The notes under the pieces are model-generated. The model was not told where the DNA came from and did no database searches. It worked only from the letters and a program-made list of their open reading frames with translations. DNA of 64,000 bases, taken from NCBI GenBank assembly GCA_963814375.1, contig CAWFCQ010000004.1, positions 96,001 through 160,000 on the forward strand, written 5' to 3'. Origin of the DNA: an uncultured Chloroflexia bacterium. GTDB taxonomy: Bacteria > Chloroflexota > Limnocylindria > QHBO01. The position numbers and the translations under genes are program-made. Below, in pieces: positions 9,332-17,190 of this stretch (the stretch's first letter is position 1; every line of letters begins with the position of its first letter).

Positions 9332-10231
9332 ATGGAAGACCTAATCGGACCGATCGCCATCGCCATCGCGGTCTTGATCGGCCTGTTTCTGATCTTCAAC
9401 ATCGTCAACATCGTCCGAGAGTACGAGCGCCTCGTGGTGTTCCTCTTCGGCCGGCTGCAGGGCGCCCGCGGTCCCGGGATCGTGCTGCTCATCCCGTTCG
9501 TGCAGCAGGCCGTGAAGGTCGACCTCCGCGAGCGCTTCCTCGAGGTGCCGCAGCAGACCTGCATCACGAAGGACAACGCCCCGATCAGCATCGACTTCCT
9601 CGTGTACTCGAAGGTCTTCGACCCGCAGACGACGGTCACCGCTGTCACCGATTTCACCGGCGCGAGCCAAGCCCTCGCCGCGACGACGCTTCGCGCCGTG
9701 ATCGGCGACATCCCGCTCGACGACGTGCTCGCCAAGCGCGAGGAGATCAACCACATCCTGCGCGCCAAGCTCGACGAGGTCACCGAGCGCTGGGGCGTCA
9801 AGATCACGAGCGTCGAGATCCGCGAGATCGTGCCGCCGCGCGACATCCAGGACGCCATGAACCGCCAGATGAGCGCCGAGCGCAACCGCCGTGCGGTGAT
9901 CACCGAGTCCGAGGGCACGCGCCAGGCGACGATCAACGTGGCCGAGGGCGACAAGCAGTCGAGCATCCTGCGGGCGGAGGGCGATCGCCAGTCGCAGGTG
10001 CTTCGCGCCGAGGGCTATGCGAACGCGCTGCAGACGATCTTCGGCGCCGCCAGCGGCGTGGACGAGAAGACGATGTCGCTCCAGTACCTCGATGCTCTCA
10101 AGGCGCTGGCTGCCGGCGCGGGCACGACCTGGATCGTGCCGATGGAGCTCTCCGAGCTGACGCGGCCCATCAGCAACGCCATGCGCCAGAGCAGGGCGCT
10201 CGACGAGTCCGGGTCCGCTCCCGACGGATGA
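9332..10231 (+). CDS. SPFH/stomatin-family membrane protein
   Basis: N-terminal TM, ITKDN, TTLRAVIG, WGVKITSVEI, AERxRRA coiled coil. Confidence 0.93.
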   Translation: MEDLIGPIAIAIAVLIGLFLIFNIVNIVREYERLVVFLFGRLQGARGPGIVLLIPFVQQAVKVDLRERFLEVPQQTCITKDNAPISIDFLVYSKVFDPQTTVTAVTDFTGASQALAATTLRAVIGDIPLDDVLAKREEINHILRAKLDEVTERWGVKITSVEIREIVPPRDIQDAMNRQMSAERNRRAVITESEGTRQATINVAEGDKQSSILRAEGDRQSQVLRAEGYANALQTIFGAASGVDEKTMSLQYLDALKALAAGAGTTWIVPMELSELTRPISNAMRQSRALDESGSAPDG

Positions 10232-11124
10232 TCGGCGTCGTCCTGCGCTTCATCGGCCGGGCCGTCGGCCTGCTGCTCGGCGTCTACGTCGCGTACGTGG
10301 CGGTGCGCGGCTCGCGGCTGCTGGTCCGGCCGGAAGTGCGCCCGTTCCTGCCCGATGAGGCGGGCGGGCCCGCGACGCCTGCCGATGTCGGGCTCGAGTA
10401 CGAGCCGGTTCGATTCACGACCGACGACGGCGTCACCCTCTCGGGCTGGCTGATCCCATCGGCGCGCGAGACACGGACGGCGGTGGTGGTGATGCACGGC
10501 TTCTCGGGCCATCGGCTCCCCGAACTGGCTGCCGTCGTTCCGTGGCTTCAGCGTCAGCACCACGTGCTCCAGTTCGACTTCCGCGGCCACGGGGAGAGCG
10601 ACCCGAGCGTGGTGACGATGGGTCATCACGAGCGCCACGACGTGGCGGCCGCCGTCGCCTTCCTCGCCGGTCGCGGCTTCGGCCCGATCGCGCTGCTCGG
10701 CATCAGCATGGGCGCCGCCATCGCGATCGTCTCCGCACCCGGGCTCCCGGTTGCGGCTGTCGTGGCCGATGCGGCCTTCGCCGAGATCCATCACCCCATC
10801 GGCAACCGCATGCGAGAGCAGGGGTATCCGTTGGCGGGCATCGGCTCGCGCGCGATCGTCGCCGGCGCTTCGCTGCGGGCCCGGGCGCGTCTGCCGGATC
10901 CGCTGCGTCACGTCGCTCGCATCGCGCCGCGCGGGCTCCTGCTCATCGCCCCGAAGGACGACCAGCTCATCAGCTGGCGTCAGACCCTGCGCCTCTTCGA
11001 GGCAGCCGGAGAGCCGAAAGAGCTCCTCGTGGTCGAGGGAGCCGGCCACGCGGAGGCGCTCGCCGTCGATCCCGATGCCTACCAGCGGCGCGTCCTGGAC
11101 TTCCTGCGCCGGCACCTCGGCTGA
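10228..11124 (+). CDS. Membrane-anchored alpha/beta hydrolase
   Basis: HG oxyanion motif, DFRGHGES, nucleophile GISMG, late Asp and GAGH. Confidence 0.88.
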   Translation: MIGVVLRFIGRAVGLLLGVYVAYVAVRGSRLLVRPEVRPFLPDEAGGPATPADVGLEYEPVRFTTDDGVTLSGWLIPSARETRTAVVVMHGFSGHRLPELAAVVPWLQRQHHVLQFDFRGHGESDPSVVTMGHHERHDVAAAVAFLAGRGFGPIALLGISMGAAIAIVSAPGLPVAAVVADAAFAEIHHPIGNRMREQGYPLAGIGSRAIVAGASLRARARLPDPLRHVARIAPRGLLLIAPKDDQLISWRQTLRLFEAAGEPKELLVVEGAGHAEALAVDPDAYQRRVLDFLRRHLG

Positions 11125-11174
11125 GGGCGTGGACCGGGACCATCGGTGCATGGTGTCACCGTTTCGAGCGCGCC

Positions 11175-11180
11175 TATAAT
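11175..11180 (+). promoter_or_regulatory. Consensus -10 hexamer upstream of the response regulator gene
   Basis: TATAAT in a very GC-rich intergenic gap, 33 nt before the ATG. Confidence 0.5.
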
Positions 11181-11213
11181 CGCGGCGATCCCACTCCTCT
11201 CCCAGGGTTGTGA

Positions 11214-12401
11214 ATGGCTGCCACCAAGGTCCTGGTCGTCGACGACGACCTGAACATCCAGCGCGTCCTGGTCTTCACCCTCAAGCAGGAGGGGTACGAG
11301 GTGCACGTCGCCTCCGACGGCCAGGCCGGCGTCGAGATGGCGGGCTCGATTCAGCCCGATCTCATCCTCATGGATGTCGCGATGCCGAGGTTGGATGGCT
11401 ACGCGGCGACGCAGCAGATCCGCGCCACAGAGCAGGGACGCAAGGTCCCGATCATCATGCTGACCGCCGAGGCGGACGTCGAGCAGCGTGTCAAGGGCCT
11501 GCGCGCCGGGGCCGACGATGACATTGTCAAGCCGTTCCATCCGCTCGAGCTCATCGCGCGGATCAAGGCGCTCCTGGCCCGGGCCGGCGGCGGAACGCAG
11601 CGCAAGCCGAGCGAGAAGGCGACGTTCGGCCGCCTCGCCTGCTTCTATCCCGCGAAGGGCGGCGTCGGCACGACGACCATCGCCATCAACACGGCCATCG
11701 CTCTCGCGACGCGCCACCGCCGGCGCACGGCGCTGATCGATGCCAACCTCCAGTTCGGCGACATGCGCGTCTTCCTTGACCTCAGCCTCGAGTCTGCCTC
11801 GATCGTGAACGCGATCACCGAGCCCGACCTCGACGCGGAGCTGCTGAAGAAGCTGCTCGTGAAGCACCACTCCGGGATGGACCTGCTGCTCGCACCGCCG
11901 AACCCGGAGTCGGCCGATATCGTCGTGGAGCGCCAACGCACCGATCCGGGCTCGCTTTCGAAGATCCTGGGCCTGATGCGCAAGGCGCACGACTACACCC
12001 TCGTCGACATGGCGAAGGCGATCGACGACTTCAACCTCCAGCTCTTCGACGAGGCCGACGTCATCTTCGTGGTCATGACCGCCGACCTGAGCTGCCTGAA
12101 GAACGTCCGCCTCGTCCTCGAGACGATGGACTCGCTCGGCTACGAGCGAAATAAGATCCAGCTGGTGCTGAACCGATCGAACGCGTACACCGGGATCAAC
12201 GTCGACAACGCGGAGTCCGCTCTCGGACGCAAGATCGACTACCAGGTCATCAACGAGTACCGCGGCGCGATCAGCGCCCTGAACTCGGGTGAGCCGTTCA
12301 TGTCTTCCCGTCCGGATGGCCCGCTCGGGCAGAGCGTCTCGACGTTCGCCCGCGAGCTCGACGCCGTCCTCGCCGAAGAGGCCGTGCCCGCTCGAGTCTG
12401 A
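11214..12401 (+). CDS. Receiver domain fused to a CpaE/TadZ-like MinD/ParA ATPase
   Basis: REC motifs VVDDD, LMDVAMP, LTA, KPF; deviant Walker A KGGVGTTT; DANLQFGD; LVLNR. Confidence 0.85.
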   Translation: MAATKVLVVDDDLNIQRVLVFTLKQEGYEVHVASDGQAGVEMAGSIQPDLILMDVAMPRLDGYAATQQIRATEQGRKVPIIMLTAEADVEQRVKGLRAGADDDIVKPFHPLELIARIKALLARAGGGTQRKPSEKATFGRLACFYPAKGGVGTTTIAINTAIALATRHRRRTALIDANLQFGDMRVFLDLSLESASIVNAITEPDLDAELLKKLLVKHHSGMDLLLAPPNPESADIVVERQRTDPGSLSKILGLMRKAHDYTLVDMAKAIDDFNLQLFDEADVIFVVMTADLSCLKNVRLVLETMDSLGYERNKIQLVLNRSNAYTGINVDNAESALGRKIDYQVINEYRGAISALNSGEPFMSSRPDGPLGQSVSTFARELDAVLAEEAVPARV

Positions 12402-12436
12402 CGCCGATAACCGAGCCATAACGGGCCAGTAAGAGC

Positions 12437-12485
12437 CGCCTCCCTACGCTGGCTGCGCCGGTCGTCGCTGGTTAGTAGGGAGGCG
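12437..12485 (+). terminator. Stem-loop downstream of the REC-CpaE gene and upstream of comM
   Basis: 11 bp perfect stem CGCCTCCCTAC / GTAGGGAGGCG with a 27 nt loop. Confidence 0.45.
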
Positions 12486-12554
12486 AGCAGGCAGGCGACC
12501 GGCACACCGATCCACTCCGTCCCCGGCATTCCTCGCCTCCCATGAGGCGTCGTC

Positions 12555-14066
12555 ATGCTCGCTAGCGCATTGAGCGCATCGATCGTCGGGGTCGACGGCC
12601 TGCCGGTCAGGGTGGAGGTCGACGTCTCGTTCGGCCTGCCGGGCCTGACGATCGTCGGGCTGGCCGGGAGCGCTGTCCTCGAGGCGCGCGAGCGAGTGCG
12701 GGCCGCTATCCGAAACTCCGGCTTCGAGGTCCCGGCCCGGCGGATCACAGTCAATTTGGCTCCTGCGGACCTTCCGAAGGAAGGCACCGGTCACGACCTC
12801 GCGATTGCGACCGCGCTCCTCGCGGCATCGGATCAGCTCGACCGTGACGCGTTGGAGCGAACGGCGCTCATCGGCGAGCTTGCGCTCGACGGCACCCTGC
12901 GGCCGGTGCCCGGCGCGATGGCGCTGGTCGCCGCATCGCGCACGGCCGGCGCGCGGGAGGTCATCGTGCCGATCGAGAACGGCCCGGAGAGCGCGATCGT
13001 GGGAGGCGTGCAGGTCCGACCCGCAGCGAGCCTCAGTGCCGTCACCCGGCATCTCGCGGGCATCGAGCCCATCGCTCCGCTCGGCGCAGTGTCCCCGCTG
13101 CCGGCAAGCGGTTCGCGCGACGATGCACCCGACCTCGGCTCTGTCATTGGTCAGGAGGTCGGCCGGCGCGCCCTCGAGATCGCCGTGGCGGGCCGCCACA
13201 GCCTTGCCCTGACCGGACCGCCGGGCGTCGGCAAGACCCTCCTGGCCCGCGCATCCGCCGGCCTTCTCCCCGCTCTTGAGGAGACAGAGGCGGCCGAAGT
13301 GGCTCGCATCCACTCGGTGGCGGGCGCCACGATCGGCATTGGAGCTACCGGCCTGCGGCGGCCGTTCCGGGCGCCGCACCACACCATCTCGACCCAGGCG
13401 CTGGTCGGTGGGGGACCGCGTATCCGCCCCGGCGAGGCCAGCCTCGCTCATCGCGGAGCGCTGCTCCTCGACGAGACGCTCCAGTTTCGAGCCGATGCGC
13501 TCGACGCACTCCGCGGCCCGCTCGATTCCGGCGTCGTCACGATCGCGCGCGTCGAGGGCGTTCTCGCGCTTCCGGCTCGGTTCATGCTCCTCGCAACCTT
13601 CAACCCGTGCCCGTGCGGATGGTCGGGAGTGAATGGGCACGAATGCTCGTGCGAGGACGGCACCAGGCGGCGCTACCAAGCCCGCCTCTCGGGGCCGATG
13701 CGCGACCGGCTCGACCTGTACGTTCACCTCGCGCCCGCCGGCCGCAGCGTCCGACAACCCGCGTCGCGCGAGTCGACCTCCGCGGTGGCGGGACGCGTTG
13801 CCCGGGCCGACGAGCTCCAGCGGGCGCGCCAGGGCCGGGTCAATGCCGAGCTGGGGCCTACCGACATGACCCGGGGCCGTGGTTTCGACGACGACCTCCT
13901 GGCGCTGCTGGACACGCGCAGCAGGCAGATGGCGCTGACCCTGCGCCGCGTCCACCGGGCGGCTCGCGTCGCACGCACCATCGCCGACCTGGAGGGCTGC
14001 GGCGCCGTCGCCCCGCGTCACCTCGACGAGGCGCTGGCCCACCGCCCTCCGGAGCGACACCCGTGA
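12555..14066 (+). CDS. comM: ComM/YifB MCM-like AAA+ helicase
   Basis: VNLAPADLPKEG, GPPGVGKT, RPFRAPHH, GEASLAH, NPCPCG, LSGP..DR, ARTIADL. Confidence 0.93.
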   Translation: MLASALSASIVGVDGLPVRVEVDVSFGLPGLTIVGLAGSAVLEARERVRAAIRNSGFEVPARRITVNLAPADLPKEGTGHDLAIATALLAASDQLDRDALERTALIGELALDGTLRPVPGAMALVAASRTAGAREVIVPIENGPESAIVGGVQVRPAASLSAVTRHLAGIEPIAPLGAVSPLPASGSRDDAPDLGSVIGQEVGRRALEIAVAGRHSLALTGPPGVGKTLLARASAGLLPALEETEAAEVARIHSVAGATIGIGATGLRRPFRAPHHTISTQALVGGGPRIRPGEASLAHRGALLLDETLQFRADALDALRGPLDSGVVTIARVEGVLALPARFMLLATFNPCPCGWSGVNGHECSCEDGTRRRYQARLSGPMRDRLDLYVHLAPAGRSVRQPASRESTSAVAGRVARADELQRARQGRVNAELGPTDMTRGRGFDDDLLALLDTRSRQMALTLRRVHRAARVARTIADLEGCGAVAPRHLDEALAHRPPERHP

Positions 14067-14117
14067 TCGGCGTCGGCGGATCGGATTCCGGCCGGACGTC
14101 GTCCGTCTGGCTCGGCG

Positions 14118-15242
14118 ATGCGCGCATCCGAGCGCGACTGCTGGATAGCGCTGTCCGTGGTGCCGGGGATCGGGCCTGCCGGGTTCGCCCAGCTGATTCG
14201 TCGTCACGGCTCGGCGACCGCCGCGTGGCGCGCCGGCGTCGCGGGCCTTGCGGGCATCGGCCGGCTCACCGAGGACGCCGCGCCGGCGCTCGGCCGCCTG
14301 GCGACGTCCGATCCTCGTGAGCTTGCCAGCCGCCTGGTCGAAAGGACGCAGGCGATCGGCGGGCGTGTCGTGACCGCGCTCGACGACGACTACCCACTCG
14401 CGCTGAGGACGCTCGATCCGAGGCCGCCGGCGGTGTTCGTCGCCGGCGACGGCACGACCCTCGAGCGGCGCGCCGTGGCGATCGTCGGGACACGACGCGC
14501 CTCGGGCTACGGGCTCGCCACCACCGCAGAGCTGGCCGACGAGCTTGCCCGGACGGATGTCGCCGTGGTCTCGGGCCTCGCGCTGGGGATCGATGGAGCC
14601 GCGCACCGCGCTGCGCTTGCCGCCGGCGGCAGGACGATCGCGGTCCTGCCCTCCGCGCTGGATCGCGTCTACCCTCCGCGTCACCGTGGCCTGGCGCGCG
14701 AGATCGTCCGCTGCGGCGGCCTGCTGATGACCGAGGTGCCAACCGGCGCCGCGGTCGGCCGGCCCGACTTCGCCCGCCGCAACCGCATCATCGCCGGGCT
14801 CTCCGAGGCGGTCATCGTGGTCGAGGCGCCGGACCGCTCGGGCGCCCTGCTCACTGCCGCGGCGGCGCTCAGCATCGGCCGTGAGCTGTACGCCGTGCCG
14901 GGGCCAATCGATGCCATGTCCTCCCGAGGCTGCAACCGGCTGATCGCCGACCAGCAGGCGACGATCATCACCTCTCCGGCCGCTCTCCTCGCGCAGATCG
15001 GCTTCACCCGGGCGGCGCGTCCGCCGGCCGCGAGCGATCTCTCGGAGGTCGAGGGTCAGCTCCTCCGCAGGCTCCTGGAGCGCAGCGGATCGATCGAGGA
15101 GCTGGTCGATCGGACGGGACATCCGCCGGCCTCGGTGGCCAGCGGATTGGCCCTGCTGGAGGCGCGCGGACTGGTCAATCCATTCGGGGGCGCGACCTAT
15201 CACCCGACGCTGGCGGCCAAGCGGCTTGCCGGGGCCGTCTGA
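14118..15242 (+). CDS. dprA: DNA-processing protein DprA (true start may be GTG at 14063 with a frameshift)
   Basis: VAIVGTR, VSGLALGIDG.AH, RNRIIAGLS, VVEA..RSGAL; C-terminal winged helix. Confidence 0.93.
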   Translation: MRASERDCWIALSVVPGIGPAGFAQLIRRHGSATAAWRAGVAGLAGIGRLTEDAAPALGRLATSDPRELASRLVERTQAIGGRVVTALDDDYPLALRTLDPRPPAVFVAGDGTTLERRAVAIVGTRRASGYGLATTAELADELARTDVAVVSGLALGIDGAAHRAALAAGGRTIAVLPSALDRVYPPRHRGLAREIVRCGGLLMTEVPTGAAVGRPDFARRNRIIAGLSEAVIVVEAPDRSGALLTAAAALSIGRELYAVPGPIDAMSSRGCNRLIADQQATIITSPAALLAQIGFTRAARPPAASDLSEVEGQLLRRLLERSGSIEELVDRTGHPPASVASGLALLEARGLVNPFGGATYHPTLAAKRLAGAV

Positions 15243-15335
15243 CACGAATGGTTGGCATCGGATATGCTTTCGCGGCATTCCTGCTGCCCACGTGCCCACA
15301 ACGGCGGCCCCGGAAACCCCAAGGAGCCTTGTCTA

Positions 15336-17069
15336 TTGCGTCCGATCCGAACACCGAAGGTGGCACCCCACGCCGCCGCCCTGTTCGAGTCGCTCGGCCA
15401 TCTGCTGAGCAGCCATCGAGCCGTCACCCGCGTCTCGCTGGCCGCCCTCTCGTTCACCTTCCTCATCGCCATCACCCAACAGGCCCCGGCCGCACAGGCG
15501 GGCCCGGAGGCGATCCCGACCCCTCTGCAGGCGCTGCTCCCACGAAGCCTCGGCGCGGCCGTCGAGACCGATTCGGCGATCACGATCCCGTTCGATTCGT
15601 CGATGGACATCGACTCGGTCAACGCCTCGATCCAGGTCCTCCCCGAACAGCGGGTCGAGCTGGCCTGGAATGCCGGGCGCACTGCGCTCACCATCCAGCC
15701 GGAGCACCTTTGGCGGGCCGACGAGCAGTATCTCGTCGTCATCGGCGGGCAGTCCGCCCATGCCGATGGGAGCGCCCTGCTGAGTGGGCAGCGCTACTCC
15801 TTCACGACCGAGGCGCCTCCGTCGGTCGCCGAGTTCCAGGTGCACCTGGCGACAGAGATTGCGGCTGCCGAGGTGCCGACCGCGACGGGCCTGAGCACGC
15901 GATCGGTCACGTTCGAGGCCGATACCGAGGCGGCCGACGCCCTCCGCGTCGACGCGGAGCCGATCGGCAAGGGCGCGACGACACAGTCTCCGACGCGCAC
16001 CGCGAAGCAGGTCAGCGCCAGCAGCTCCATCTCGGTCGGATTCAGCGAGGAGATGGACCACGCCGACGTCGAGGCCAACTTCGTGATCTCTCCGGCCGTG
16101 GCCGGTGACCTGACGTGGAAGGGCACCAACCTCGTCTTTACGCCGACGGGCCGCCTCGAGGCGGGAACCCGCTACACGATCAGCCTCCTCGGCGCGCACG
16201 ACCGCTCCGGCAACGCGCTGGGCGGCGAAGCGACGTTCTCGTTCATCGTCCAGCCTGGCGCTCAGCTCACGAAGGCCAGCCCGAAGCTTGGGGCACGCGA
16301 CGCGAACCCCGAGGTCGTGGAGATGTGGTTCAGCCAGCCGATGGACATCGAGGCGACGAACGCGGCATTCTCCCTGGTCGACGCCGACGGCGACATGCCG
16401 AAGGCCGGGACCCTCAAGTGGAACGAGGCCGGGACGCAGGTGACCTGGGTGCCGGACGCCCCGTTCAGCACGGGCCGCGTGTACTCGATCATCCTGGCCG
16501 AAGGCGCCCAGGACGCCGATGGCAACTCGGTCGCCACCCGGTGGTCGTTCGCCACGATTCCACCAGCGGACGCGGTGAGCGTGCCGGCAGGTCCAGCAGG
16601 TCCGGCACGCGCGACGACGTCTACCCGGAGTGCGCCGGCCATCCCGCCGCCCGGTCCGGCCAGCAGCCTGGCCGGATACGCGCTGAACCAGGTGAATGCC
16701 GCCCGGGCCGCGTATGGATTCGCGCCGCTCGTCCTGGACGCAGGCGTCTCGGCGGTCGCAGCGGCGCATGCCTGGGACCAGGCGCGCAACGGCTACTTCA
16801 GCCACTACGGACTCGACGGAAGCACGAAGGAGACGCGGCTCGCACGCGGAGGCGTGAGCTTCGGGTGGGCGGGCGAGAACCAGTGCTACCACGTCGGGAT
16901 GAGCCAGCAGGCGACCCTCAACTGGTGCCACGCGCAGTTCATGGCCGAGCCGTGGCCGGGCCACTGGAATCACATCGGCAACATCCTGAACGCGAGCGCG
17001 CGAAGGATGGGGGTCGGCATCGCCACCGTGGGTGGGCGCACCGTCATCACCTGGGACTTCACGAACTGA
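15336..17069 (+). CDS. Secreted protein with three Ig-like (Big_5-type) repeats and a C-terminal CAP/SCP domain
   Basis: Hydrophobic N-terminal segment; repeats ITIPFDSSMD, ISVGFSEEMD, EMWFSQPMD; CAP motifs VNAAR, YFSH, GEN, H..NIL; AAGGAG before TTG at 15336. Confidence 0.8.
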   Translation: MRPIRTPKVAPHAAALFESLGHLLSSHRAVTRVSLAALSFTFLIAITQQAPAAQAGPEAIPTPLQALLPRSLGAAVETDSAITIPFDSSMDIDSVNASIQVLPEQRVELAWNAGRTALTIQPEHLWRADEQYLVVIGGQSAHADGSALLSGQRYSFTTEAPPSVAEFQVHLATEIAAAEVPTATGLSTRSVTFEADTEAADALRVDAEPIGKGATTQSPTRTAKQVSASSSISVGFSEEMDHADVEANFVISPAVAGDLTWKGTNLVFTPTGRLEAGTRYTISLLGAHDRSGNALGGEATFSFIVQPGAQLTKASPKLGARDANPEVVEMWFSQPMDIEATNAAFSLVDADGDMPKAGTLKWNEAGTQVTWVPDAPFSTGRVYSIILAEGAQDADGNSVATRWSFATIPPADAVSVPAGPAGPARATTSTRSAPAIPPPGPASSLAGYALNQVNAARAAYGFAPLVLDAGVSAVAAAHAWDQARNGYFSHYGLDGSTKETRLARGGVSFGWAGENQCYHVGMSQQATLNWCHAQFMAEPWPGHWNHIGNILNASARRMGVGIATVGGRTVITWDFTN

Positions 17070-17190
17070 CCCTTTGCCCGCGACGGCGGGGACGGGCGGG
17101 ACCCGGTGCTACACTCCCTCACCGATGACGGCCAGCAAGGGCGCCGGCGACCACCTCGCGTTCGTCGAGTCGCCAGCCGAGGCGAGGACG

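Noticed and set aside
7965-10231. nfeD-SPFH pair as a novel system
   Set aside because: This is a well-described conserved gene pair
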